DNA of 60,001 nt, the filler included, from Sphacelaria rigidula (taxonomy: Eukaryota), in the NCBI GenBank assembly GCA_964200075.2. It is 6 parts of 6 records of this genome, joined end to end, with 100 filler letters (N's around TTAATTAATTAA, not from the genome) between each part and the next. Parts side by side here need not be neighbours in the genome. Positions count along the whole stretch, not along the records: positions 10,020 to 19,938 come from CAXNAA020007488.1; positions 20,039 to 29,955 come from CAXNAA020007489.1; 4 more parts are not named here. One strand, given 5' to 3'. Position numbers and translations under genes: made by a program. Below the pieces are notes generated by a model. It had not been told where the DNA came from. It saw nothing but the letters and a program-made list of their open reading frames with translations, and ran no database searches. Every line of letters begins with the position of its first letter. The first letter of the stretch is position 1. This document shows, in pieces, positions 10,830-23,366 of the stretch.

Positions 10830-11530
10830 ACACTCGACGAGTACAGCAAGTCTTACCGAAGTGGCACAATTCGCCAAGCTCTGTATCCGGGCGAAAATCA
10901 GCCCTGCGAGGCTTTATTGGGACCTGTTGTTTTTCGCAGCTGAAGAAGCGGCTCACGGTCTTCTTTTGCTACGAGAGAAAACAGCTTGAGAGAATGTTCA
11001 TGGCTGCCTTCGTTCATATTTTTCAAACACTGTTTCTTGTGGGACCTCTTATCCGATTATTTTTTTGATGAATGGATTTTTGGTACGGGAGCCATTTCCC
11101 ATACAACCAATTGTTTGGAAGACACTCCCACTTTGCAACGTGGATCAGAGTTGTCCAAGAAGACGATATACCCGAACACGCCTCCATATGCATGTGGTGG
11201 ATTAGGAACATAGAATCTGGAAACTGTCTGTATAGGTCTCACGAGGAACTCGTGACAGTTGTTCATCATATTCACAACAACACTGGTGACCGTGATGAAT
11301 CAGATGGACTTGCGATACACAACAAGGAAAAAAAGCAGTAGTGTACTGGAAGGAACTTACTGTGAAACATCGTAGCCGTTCCCCCAACAGACGAAACAAC
11401 TCACCGCGAGAAGTCTGCCCGGATATGAGACACAAAAAAGAAAGGCCAATAGTAAAAGTATTAGTTGAAGCTGGAAAGCAGCAAAGACCGAACACGCCCG
11501 ACGTATCAAAGAGATCAGATCTTATTCATT
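10830..11530 (+). pseudogene. Possible relic of a MULE (Mutator-like) DDE transposase
   Basis: Broken frames contain LSDYFFDEWI...HTTNCLE, resembling the YF..W...TTNxxE catalytic-Glu region of MULE transposases; heavily decayed. Confidence 0.3.
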
Positions 11531-11769
11531 AACCTATCTAACGGCATAACTACAGTGCAGTAACGTACCTCCTTGATGAGCCTCTCGTACATGAACACCC
11601 ACTTGCGTTGATTGACCACCGTTAGCCCTCTTGTGTCCGATACCCTCGCCTGTTAATACGTAAGTCATGAGGTCGTGGCAGGGGGCGGGGGGCGTTTCGA
11701 TTCAAAATTACAGTATGCGCAGTAACCGAATCCGTCCCGGGGTGAGTAGTAACACAATCTTTCGAAGGG

Positions 11770-12435
11770 AGCGGGCGTTGGGGGCGTACTCACTCGTTGC
11801 TTGCCATTGTCTTTCGACCATCGACCACGCAATCCTTTCGAGATTGATGCGGACGGGGAGAGGGGGGGTGTACTCATGAACTTAAATGCCGTAGTCAAAA
11901 TAAATACTATTGACCTCGCATCCCTACAAAGCCAGGACGGGGCACGCCGGGTTTTCGCCGGACCAGGCTCGCACTCAATCACCAAGCGCGAAGCGCCGTG
12001 ATGTGTTCGGCAAGTCACATGAAGGGTGAGCTGCATCCTGCGAACAGTGTTCGGCCAGAAGCGTGTAGTAATTACCTTGCATTTCGATGACAGCCTCCAA
12101 TAAGTTGCATCATTTTTTGTCATCGCCACTTCCAGAGACAGCCACGGCTTGTACACTGCCTCATGGGTGTCTCATCATATTAACACTACGTAATATGACC
12201 ATCCCCTTTGCGCGGAATTGAAGTTCTCCCATCTCTCACAATATAGTGTAGCTTGACTACGATCATGGTTAACGCAAAAAAACGCAAGCGCGCAAAAAAA
12301 TCGGTTACCTGGTTGCCTAGCTTATGCAGTGAGAGGCGTGTTTTACAGCATCATTGCCAAACGACACAAAGCCTATAAGGGTCCGTTCCTACAAAGCCAG
12401 GACGGGACACGCCGGCTTTACGCTGCACCAGGCCA
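11770..12435 (+). repeat. Dispersed repeat family A; related pieces at 10072-10110(-), 41670-41770(+), 46630-46860(-), 50087-50195(+), 59170-59645(+), 59772-59980(-)
   Basis: Shared blocks ATTGACCTCGCATCCCTACAAAGCCRGGACGG..CACGCCGGGTTTTCGC and GTACTCAYTYGTTGCTTGCC..ACCACGCA found on several independent contigs. Confidence 0.85.
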
Positions 12436-12824
12436 AAAGGTCTGGAGGGGGGGGGGGCTCAAGTCACAAACGCAGTAACAAGATGTTCACTCACACGGTT
12501 TTGCGGTCGATTGAACTTGAAGGAAACAGTCGCCGAAGGAAGTTCGAGGAAGAGGGAAAATGAAAACCACGACTGGCCCCCGGACCCCTTTTCCGTCGGT
12601 CGTCATGGAGCCACGGCATCATTCATCACAGCGGAGAAAAGCAGACGTACAACCACTGCTTGTATTGTATACCGTTTGTGTCAAACGTTTTGTTGTCATC
12701 ACCCTGGTATCTACAACTCAACCGTCACCCACATAATCCTTTCGGCAACAATTCCTACTCTCGCTACTTCAGCACAACGGATGACTCGGAGGTATCGGCG
12801 GTCAAGGTCTTGGAGCATCTTTGA

Positions 12825-12921
12825 CCCTTAGACCGCCAGATTAGTCTTTCTGGATCATGCACACTTTTCCCACTTGAAATTGATGCCGGTTCAACAGAAG
12901 ACTAACCTCGCGGTCAAAGGG
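12825..12921. mobile_element. ~100-bp MITE with CCCTT..GACCGCG / CGCGGTC..AGGG ends (piggyBac-type TTAA target); other copies at 18168-18760 and 25790-25890
   Basis: Terminal inverted repeats, conserved core AAATTGATGCCGATTCAAC, degenerate TTAA flanks with an intact GGG-TTAA-CCC junction at 18623-18632. Confidence 0.7.
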
Positions 12922-15169
12922 CTCAAGAGCTATTGTAGCATCACAGTTTCAAAATTGTGGCGGTTCTATTTTTGTGGTTGCGACCCGATCGAATCTTCTT
13001 TCAACCTGAACCAAAATATAGGACACATCCACCCAGAATCCGGTGATTCATTTGTACCTTATATTTATAAGCACAATAGTGCAAAACCCACTGAGGATAT
13101 AGCGACGCGGTACCATACTGTATGCACCTTACTGTAGCCTATGCTGAACTGACCTCTACTTCTGCAATCTGTTGTGTTAGCTGTAGGTTACCGTTTTCGC
13201 ATGAAGTAACGTATGATGTCTGACTTACAAGGCTGATACCGAAGGCTGAAGGTTGCATAGCATTTATCTGCTGTCATTCACAGAAGCGGTTGATCGCTCA
13301 GCGGACACCCTTGTGTTGAAGCCGTATCGACTAAGACTACTACCGAGTGCGCTCTTCTTGATGTGCAACCGAGCTGACTGCACTTTCATCTCTTGGGCCC
13401 CTTCTCTACACCAACAAACGATAGTTTTCGATTATTAGGTGTTGGGACAGGACACTGCAGGCAAACTCTCTACTAGATACAGCCCTCGACGTGCCCTGAG
13501 CGAAGCTACCCGTTTTGTGTAGGAACGCACTGATACAAGTCAGGGCCTGTCTTAACGAAGGGGACAATCCCCTTTTCCAAACCCCCTTTTTCAAAAACGA
13601 CTGGTGATTGGTCGCTGCGATACCACCCCCTCCAAAAAATCTCCTCAACGTGCAAATACACTTTCTGAAATCCTCTTTTGAAAAGGGGATATGCGGACAC
13701 CTCGAAGGGGAACATACGTGTCCGGTTGACAGGGGCACATGCAAAGGCATACCACACAGTCCAACACAATNNNNNNNNNNATCAGCTGTGCACGTTGTGC
13801 GTGACCTTGCTCAAGTCTGTTCAGGATTTGTTCGGAAATGATGATTTGTGTGAGACGCGCGCGCAGCACACGCTCAAAAGGGGCAGCAACGACACGTTTT
13901 CGGTTGTTTCCGACACGCATGAGGCCGTCATTCGTCCAATACAAAACGGATTTCTGTGAAACAAAGACTGTCGTGTGAAGATTAGCAAGGGCTAGCACTG
14001 AAACTAAGGCGCGTGAGTGTGGGTGTCTGTGCGTGTTCTTTCGGGGCTGTGTGTGTAGGTGTTGTGTTGCCTCGTTGTGTCTTGTCTGCAGCATTACACA
14101 GACCTTGAACCTGCTTGGACTAACGATCACTTCCAGACCCGCCGCGTTTCTTAATCTGCGTGCAGATCTGGGTTCGAACCTGTACAAAACTGCTTGCCAA
14201 TAGGACTCGGGGCTGGTCGTTATGGGGCCAATCCCCTGTCAAAAGGGGATAATCCCCTTTGTTAAACAGGCCCTCAAGGCGCGCACTACGTGCCATCTGC
14301 AGCGATGAGTTCGACCTTGCAGTTGCCATTTTTACTTGCATATAATGGATTTCGAGGCATATCAAAGCAGACATTTCCCGACGATTGGGAACAGGAGAAC
14401 ATCGCAGTAGAATCATCCATGACATGGATATCTCAATTTCATCTCCTTTAATGGCCCGAAACACCTCCGCGTCGTACATCAGGCCTGCATCTGACAAGTG
14501 CACGTCGTCTTTCACGGCGACCGATTGAAATAAACTAAAGTTTGCAATCAACCGGTAGACTGGAAGCTACTCACCCAGCTGATCGAGAGCTACAACCCGC
14601 GCTATTGAGCTTCGGGTCGCGGAACGTGAATAGTTTCTCGCAATCAATGTGTGAACAACTTTGAGGTGAGGGGTGATATTTCCCGTGGCTGGTAACATTC
14701 CCGTCAGTTTCTTAGTGTGCTTTGAAACATTTAGTTCATTCATTTGGGCCCAGACCGAATGAAAACAGGCAGAAGCAGTCAGGCCGCATTGTCTCGGTGG
14801 CCAACTTGTTTTGGGGTAAGGCAGCCCCTGAGCCTACAACAACCACGACCCAACAAGGCGTGAGTGACGCGCCATAGCACACCTTCTACCCGTGGCACCA
14901 GACCATGCATATCAAACTCCTTGTCCAATTGGGGGGGGGGGGGGCTCCGAGATTGCCAAGAACGGCATCAAAACACAACTCTAACGAAAATATTTGCAAT
15001 TTTTCGACGCTGTCGTTACGTGCGATGTACCGGCCCAGCTTGAATAGATGCGCATCGCAAGTGAGTGGGCTAGGCATCTCGCGGTGATGTCGCACTGTGC
15101 CCCAGACAAGTTATGGTCATATTTCTGTGTCGGACCCAGGGACGGTTTCAAGTGCCCAAACCTTGAAAA

Positions 15170-15397
15170 TGTGTGGGTTGTGTGTTGTCGTCCGACCTAT
15201 TCTGGACGCCAGTCTACACCTTTCGTTATATGCGGGCGCATCAGCCGGGGTCACACAGGAGGAAGGTCAACACAGGATTTTTTTTTTCTTAATACCCCAC
15301 CTTCTTTTTGCGGTGCTTGCCTTCATATTTTATCGCGGGAGGGATTCAGCCCCCCCCTTTCCCTCGTCGACCGTCAAGTCGAATTTTGTGTAGCCAC
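15170..15397 (-). mobile_element. 5'-truncated copy of tRNA-derived SINE family 1
   Basis: Reverse-complement similarity to 27860-28090. Confidence 0.75.
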
Positions 15398-15603
15398 TGA
15401 AAATACAACAAAAAAATACAACCCCTATAACAAATGATTTGACCAAATAAAAGTGCTAAAAAAAATACATCTGTCAACTTTATACCGAAGGGGGGACGTC
15501 ACCAACCTTTTTCTCACGACAGTGACTGGATCATGACCCTGGCACGTTTCACTACTCTCGCACCGTACTCAACCTTCATCTTGTAGTTGGGGTTTGCTCT
15601 CAC

Positions 15604-17207
15604 CGTATCGTATTTTGCCACAGCCTCTTCCGCCGTATCCCCCATCCTCACCATCAAGCACGCCGCCATGATACCCGCCCGCCCCTTCCCGGCCTTGCAG
15701 TGGAGCGAAACAATATTCGCTACATCAATATCTAACCACGCCTTAGCGCTCTCGCAGAAATCCACCACGGTATCAAGCGGTGGGCATGTGTGATCGGCGA
15801 ACGGATACCTGTCGATTTTCGTAAAGGTGGGGGAATTTGTTTTGTCCCTCATCAGTACACACTGTACCTTCCCGTCTCTCATACTCGCAGTCGCCGTGTA
15901 AGACGGAGAAGATGCCAGCCTAGGATCGCCTACTCCTTGGCGACCGGGGAAATCAAGAGGCGAGAAGATCCGCCGGAACAACAGCTCATTATCCTGCTAC
16001 GGAAAACATCGGGGCACCATCTATCCACACTCCCAGCACTTTTCACCTCTCGACGCGCCCGTGGAAGATATGCGCAGGATAGGTTCGCCCAGGCTCGCTC
16101 GCGAAGTTGTAAACCTTGTAATGGCTAGCGTGGTACTTGTCCAGCAATCGCTGAATTTCGGTACGAGGGTTCCGGTACATATGCTCTGGACAAATACAAC
16201 GATTACAGGCATCACAGGGGAAGATCGGGGGATCGCGAGCCTCAAGTAGCGTTAACCCTACCCCTTGGCCTACTAGCCCTTCGCGATAGCAAATCACGGG
16301 TCGGTACCCAAACATTATGTATCGCGGTAGCGTTGCCATGCGATCCATTCAAGAGCTAGTGGGAAGGCACTTGTTAGCCACGGGTACCCTGAGACAGATC
16401 GGGAGTAGTACTCGGTGTAAGGGAGGTTCATGTCGACAGCAGGAGCGGCGCACGGTGCTACGACCGACAATGAGTACAATAACAAAGTTGATTCATGTAA
16501 ATAATTTTTCCAAGTTCAGCCGTCCAATTCCTCTCACAACTTTCCGCGCAGACCTCAACTGGAGTGTGAAGAGCTGCGAGAACTGCAGACAAGGCCTCGT
16601 GTTCAGCGGTGTCGCAGTGGTGCAGTACACGAGAGCCCAATGTAAGAAATGCACAGGGCGATTGCAACACATGAACGGAAACCAGCTCGTATTCCCAGCG
16701 CTGGTCATTCGAGCACAGACGTTGAGGCATCGTTGTGGGCCGTACGAACACCAAGCAAAGACAGCTCTGTACAGCTTCGTGGAGTACAGCAAACAACAGT
16801 CGAACACACGCCACGTTTCAAAACTGGAGTATATTCAGTCGGGATGTGCCCATGACTTTCTGGAAACAGCGTCCACGATCCGCTGCGCTACGACAAAATC
16901 AAGCACGAAGCACCTACAGACAACAGTACAGTACAGTACAACCGTCACTGGCCATACTCTCGCCGAAGCTGAGAGTATTCATTTATCGAACTGTATACAT
17001 TGAAGTCAGGGTCCCACCGTGAGCAGAGTATGTACGTACACACCGCGTACGAGGCCGAAGCCTCGAACAAAGCTCAAAGCAATATAGGCCGTGCCATCAC
17101 ACGATGACTTCCTTCACGTTTTTCATGCCCTCACCTACGCCGGTCGCGGGAAATCCGTGCACAATAATCCGCCGCGTGACATATGACAGGTCCAAGTCGA
17201 AGCCATC
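15604..17207 (-). CDS. PTEN: PTEN-like phosphoinositide phosphatase, partial; exons 17135-17207, 16047-16185, 15604-15808
   Basis: Spliced product [55 protein letters not shown]...RYPFADHTCPP...HCKAGKGRAG. Canonical AG/GT sites with matching phases; PTEN P-loop HCKAGKGR and YPFxDH loop. Confidence 0.93.
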
Positions 17208-18167
17208 CTGTGAGAACATCAGGAGCAACATGCGACGGCGACACAAATTCGATTTCTTGAGCGCTCCCAAGCAAGAAACGAATGCTGATCAAGTAGTCAA
17301 CCGTCAAGTCGACATGGTGCCGATTGAGCAGGTAGACACACCCGCCGCTTTGACGGTCAATTCATAGAGTTCCCACGTCGCCAGTTGGACGCATGACAGG
17401 ACAGAGGTTTTGCAACATTTGTGGTCGATCCCTTTGGCCAAAAGTTGTCATTATTTATTATGGTGGGGGCTTCTCAACAGTTACTGGTCGACTCTACCCG
17501 CCAAGGTTTTCCCATCCGAGCAAAAGAGTTATGTGGGCTATCTTTATGTCCAACTCGCATGTCTGTACAGCGAATGGTTATCCGGAGTGAAGGCGTTACA
17601 GGCAGCAGGCAGGAGTACTCGTATAAACATCGCCGCTCAGAGCTCTCAACTCGGAAGAGTAGTTTCTCTGACAGTCCCGTCCTACTTCATTCTGCCGTCC
17701 GCGTTATGACGGTCCTTGCACCGTAATGCTAAAACGCGACCGTCGTAGGGTACAAGTGCAATTGTTGTACAACAATTTGTGCCACGGTCAGCTGTTGCTT
17801 GATGCACTTATCTTCGCAACCGTGAGGGCCGGGTAGGTGGCGATGAATGCACAACAACACCTATCTTGCTCGTTCGGAAAATGAGGGATAAACGGCTTGG
17901 CTGAGAGATACGAAGCAAAATCCTAGTCCGATTGGTGAAAGGTAAGTTCCTCTCCCCCAATTATTCTGCCAGAGGTTCAAAGTAGGCGTTTCGGTGATAG
18001 TCAGAATAATCATTCCGAACCCGATAAAACAGCGGTCAATGTACTGTCATCAGCACTCGAGGGGTATCACGGTCAACGGGTTACAGTAATTGACACCCTC
18101 CAGCGACAGACCCCCTGAGGTGAACCATGAGCCAACTATTATCTGTACGCAGGAGGTCAGTTTCTGA

Positions 18168-18760
18168 ACCCTTAGACCTAAAGGGTAGTCTATCTGAATC
18201 ATGCAACTTTTCTGAACTAAAATTGATGCCGATTCAACAGATGACCTACCATCGCTGTCTAAACTTTAGACAGCGATGGTAGGTCATCTGTTGAATCGGC
18301 ATCAATTTCTTTCGAAAGAAGTATGCATGATTCAGATGGAATGCCCTCGCGGTCCTCGCGGTCAAAGAGTCAACCCTTTGACCGCGAGGGTAGGTCACTT
18401 GCTGAATCGGCATCAATATTCACTTAAACAAAGGATGCGTACTCCAGATGGACTTCCCACACCACTTATTATAACATAACACACTATAACACCGATAATA
18501 AGATAATTGATCAATCGATCACCACAGTTAGATCGTGATGAAAGTAGTCCATCCAGGCGATGCATACTATTTTAACGTGGAATTGATGCCGATTCAACAT
18601 ATGATCCACCCCGGCCGTCCAAGGGTTAACCCCTACACCGCGAGGGTACGCCCTCTAAGTCATGCATACTTCGTTCGAGTGAAACTGATGCCGATTCAAC
18701 GTATGGCCGACTCTCCCCGTCCAAGTGTAAAAATAACGCCGCGTGAAGGAGGGTATCGAT
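18168..18760. repeat. Cluster of about 5 copies of the ~100-bp TTAA MITE in direct and inverted orientation, including a perfect 44-bp palindrome (18220-18308)
   Basis: Repeated AATTGATGCCGATTCAAC and its complement GTTGAATCGGCATCAAT. Confidence 0.8.
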
Positions 18761-21700
18761 CAGACATATGTATATATACAGAATTGAGAACATGATGAGT
18801 ATCCCTCCCATGATTTCCTGCTGCACCCATTTTCGCCTCCGTGCTTAATATCGAAGTTGCCGTCGTTGAAATATTGCGTGCCGTATGAGTACATGCATTC
18901 CGAGTCACGTTTTCGGCACTAGCTGTGGCTCATTCCGGGTTGGTGTTGATGCCACCTTTGGGATCCAATTTGTGTCTCATGCGAACTTGGCGTGTGCAGT
19001 GAGTGCTGTGCATGCAGCATTTGCCCGTCAGGCCGTGTCTTATCAAATTGTTTCCGACTCGAAAACGTACGGTGGAATCGAATGTGCTCGTACCTGATAC
19101 GTCTACGGCATACATATTTTCAACCATCTAGGAAAATAAATAGCGTGGATGAATCTGGAACAAGCGAATTCGATTCGTCCGCACGTTTTCGACACGTCGA
19201 GTTGGAAACAATTTGGTAAGACACGGCCTCGGTCACAAAATCTCCATCCCCCAGTGAATCTATCGCAAAATCCTTGTACAGTCACAAATTGACGGCTTTT
19301 TGAGGGGCACTCTCAAACTGTCTAAAGTGGTGGTTCATGCCCTTAAAAACAAGCCCGCGGCTACGATGACACCCGACTCAACTGGCGGGCGTATGCGGTA
19401 TTGGTCGCATGCCGAAGAAATTCGAAACTGACGCACGATATTACGCTTCGACGTTAAGGGTTCGTGGATCTGTTTCTGACCGCAAGTACAATACAGGGTC
19501 CAAGGTCGATCTGCAATCTTGATTTTGGTGGTCGGAGGTATAGTTGGAACATCACCCAAACATCCCCAATAACAACTCCTTCGAATGAAGTACCCCGCAA
19601 GAGTGTCATCGAAGAGAGACCGAACCGAGTAGCGCTCGAAAGGAGAAGCATCTGTGTATCTCCATAAACACAGAAAGCAGATGCAAGATGTTCACTTGTT
19701 CGATGTACATACAGGCCAGCTCTGAAGCAGATCCCGCGCGCTCCTGGACGAGTTACCCGACACGTCGGTATTTAACGGTGCTGTGGGATGTTGGCATACT
19801 GTACTGCAATGGAATATAAATACAGGTGCACACTGCACTGACATGACGGCTTGGCTTGGACAAAAGAAAACTGTCCACGGTTAGGACAAATCGTCACGAC
19901 TCAAAATCACCAAATTCACGATCTCTTCGGCCGGATTGNNNNNNNNNNNNNNNNNNNNNNNNNNNNNNNNNNNNNNNNNNNNTTAATTAATTAANNNNNN
20001 NNNNNNNNNNNNNNNNNNNNNNNNNNNNNNNNNNNNNNCCTTCTTTCTGGTAGGTCTAGGTCTCCCACCCGAAATCGCAATTTCATATTTTTCGCAGCGT
20101 CCATTGTACTCGTGGGGGGGGGTGAGAAGAGAGAAGCAATAAGGGGAGGAATGAACAAAGAGGGACCGACAGGCAAGGAGGAAGCAAAACATAATTCGCA
20201 CAGGGAGACAACTATATTAGGAAATATCGCCAAAAGTTGCAGGCGAAGGAGAGAAATCAACAACCAATGAGACAAGACAAGGACATGTCACTTCCAGGTC
20301 TACGCTGACTTCTCGCGCTCATCCCTAGTGAGGGAGAAACAGTATCCTCTCTCCACCATTTCATATTGAATCCCTCGGGGGCTGCTGCTGCTGATGTTGT
20401 AGCACCAGCGATAGCAGCTGTCAGTGCAAGCCGAATTTATTGACCGAAGGTAAGCCAAACCGGATCTGGCATGTAATCTACACAATCCCTCACTGACATG
20501 CGCCCTAACTCTACTTTAATGTGCTGCAACCAGCAACATGCTCGTTTGGCTGACATCTTTATTACCGCCTCCACTTTGCCGAAGACATCTAAACCGAGTT
20601 AAAACGATTTTTTACCCGGACTCGCTATTGACACACTGGCTAGAGCTATGGCCCCACGCTACACCGATCACCTGAAGGCCCGGCCCCCCGGCCAGGGCGG
20701 CTAAATTGTTGTGGATGACTTGAGCTCTACATACCATCGCGCGTATGCTTGAGCACCTCCAGAACAAGATCGGTTAGTGGAAGAGCTTGGTTGGTTGGCG
20801 CCCAAAAAAGTACTAGGCCGTGAAGTGGTACACAATGTGTGCGTATTCACACTGCAACACCCACTCACCCCTTGCAACTGATAGCCGCACGTGGAGTTTA
20901 AGTCGTTGCCACAGGCGATATCCTCGCACAGGTGGCACTTGCTGCGTACGCCACGACGATCGCACGCATGCCGATCGTCTTGGACATTGGTGTTGACTTT
21001 TCCCTTACCCTCTACCTGCGAAGACAGCATCATGGCCATTTATTGAGCGCCGGATTGTGTGCCGAAGATCGAAGACGGTCAATGGCAGGGGATCGTCGTA
21101 AGTGGGGAAGGTGAACGAAAGGATCCGTACATGCAGAGCAGGAAACAAGGGTGGTACAGTACCCATTATCAGCGAAAGCTTGCCAGGTACCGCCAAGTAG
21201 GGCCTCTTATGCTGGTGAATGGCGACGCGGGGATTACACGTGGTAATCGAATGATAACCCGTGAGGGATAGACAGATGAAGTGCCCACTTGCTGTTTTTT
21301 TCGGTGCTGTACTCTGCGTGCGGGTACTGTTCTGCACTATGCTGCACCTCTGCTTCTTTGCCTTCATGACCTTGTGCCAGGATTTCACAGCAACCCTCAT
21401 ACATGATTACGGGTAAGCTCGAGAGTAGTGAAACGAACCAGGGTTCAAATCACAGTGTCGGGGTACTTATTTTTTTGTTGGTATAGTACCTGTCGTTCAA
21501 AGTAGTACGGGCTGTTTGGGTTTTTCTCGCGTACTGCTCTTCCAAAGAACTCGAAAGTGCTAGCGTCGATAGATTTTGATACAATAAACAGATGTCACCC
21601 AGAATACAGTGCCCAAGTAAGTGTTACTTGGTGTTATCGGGCGATACGAGTAGATACCCCGTTTATCAGGAGGGGTGTTATTGACCGTGAGACACAGTTT

Positions 21701-23139
21701 TTCGGCTCCACAGAAGTGCAATGAGTAGGTAGAATTTCTTCTTTTTTTTCATTTCTTTGCAAATACGATCGGAACAGGCGCGATCGACCAAAAAACTCAA
21801 CAATCAGAACCTGGGCTTAAAGTGGCAGGACCCCCGATGACTGGTCAGGTCGTAAGTCACTCAGTATTAGATACAGATCATTTTTCTCTTGGAATGTGGA
21901 GCGGATACTAGTATCTTCAGATCCCCAATGTGAGCGGTGGCAAGCGAAAGAACGGTACTGTATGCTCGCACGCACACGCATCCCATTACTTCAAACCGTC
22001 ACGATACACTTATCAACACTATCTCCACGTATTTTTACAAAAGGCATCATCACCTGTTGCCCATTGTACTTGCTGTAGGCCAACGGCCATGTTGGTTCTG
22101 TGGCCATTTCGCACGCCGACTGCTCCGTCCAAGGCTGTGGTATTCTCATTGCTCTCGCGGTGGGCACAGGCACGACAGCTACACACACTACCGCCGCTAC
22201 CACTACCGCACTCCTCATATGCCATCGATAGCACCGCCTCCTCTTCGCTTCCAGGCGCGAGTTTGGTGGTAGTGTGGCGTGAATACTCGTAGTTCGCTCC
22301 GATGAACGTGGTTCATGTTGTAGGTCATCCCCACCACGGGGGCCCATTCTGTAGTGGTAAAATGCGGTGTGTTTTTTCCACGAGATCACGAAAAACAAGA
22401 AGAGAATATAACATCGAAAGCTATTCTAGTATTTAAACTATTAACAAAACCATACGAAGCAGTAATCCACGAAGGAGATCCCTCGCTCGACTAAATAGTT
22501 CCCAGAATACACCCAGTTCCAAGGAGGCAAGATGTGCAAGATTGGATCCAGCACCCCCGTACCATACCAGTTTGTATAGTCATATTCCATCCACTGTCCC
22601 CAACGGTAAGTTGGCGTGTACGACAATCGCTTTTTCTGTGAAGGAAAAGACTGATGATTTTGATGCCATGTTTTGAGCATGGCATGCTGCTTTTGTAGTC
22701 CTGTATATGGCAACAGCTGTTTTTTGCCGACAGGGTATAAGTCTTTTTGTTGGTTCAGTGGGGCGTGAAATTACTGTACGTCTTGGCACACCCGAGGGGC
22801 CAAACTCTGTGCTGAATATTGTACCCCCCCTAGCCTGGAGCAAGGGCAGGCGGGGGATAAGACACAAAGCCAAGGAAACAAACCTAGAGTCCCTGGTGGA
22901 GACAAATCACCGTCCCTAGTGGAGACAGATTGGGCATTGCGAAGATTTTCGAACGAGGGACATTGGACAGCACGCCTAAAGTAAACCCCCCGCCTAACCG
23001 AAGGAGTAATCTCAAACCAGCGGAGATCCCAGGGCTCTATCCCGGTGTCATCTTTTCTGAACGCATTTGCCCTACAGGGGTCCTGCGCAACAGGAGCTGC
23101 CTTGGCATACGCATTTCTTTTCTCTTGAGGATATACAGG

Positions 23140-23366
23140 GCAGCTCGCATCACATATGGAGAATGGGCATCATACCGCGGCGGCAGCACCAAAACAGCCG
23201 GCCGCGGTTATGGGTACAGGCGGCGGGCAGGTGGCATTGGCCGGAGGAGAAGAGAAAAGTGGCGGTAGCAGTGAGGCTGCGCAGCAGCAACAGCAGCAGC
23301 AGAAGTCCGTGCCGCCTGATATGATCCCCTTCTTATCCGCGTGTTTTGCGGAGCTACGCGCTAAAG
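23140..23366 (+). CDS. Probable exon of a hypothetical protein with a poly-Gln tract
   Basis: Open frame MENGHHTAAAAPKQ...QQQQQQQKSVPPDMIPFLSACFAELRAKG; donor AG|GTGAG at 23367; pyrimidine-rich acceptor upstream or ATG at 23156. Confidence 0.5.

Noticed and set aside
13200-14600. Minus-strand frames (e.g. 14120-14551, LICLEIHY) as a transposase or further PTEN exons
   Set aside because: No convincing motif set or phase-compatible splice chain; the region also contains a 10-N gap at 13771-13780
16317-17003. 228-aa plus-strand ORF
   Set aside because: Antisense within a PTEN-like intron, with no recognisable domain
23300-23366. RhoGAP assignment for VPPDMIPFLSACFAELRAKG
   Set aside because: Resembles a RhoGAP first helix, but no following exon with EG(I/L)FR was found
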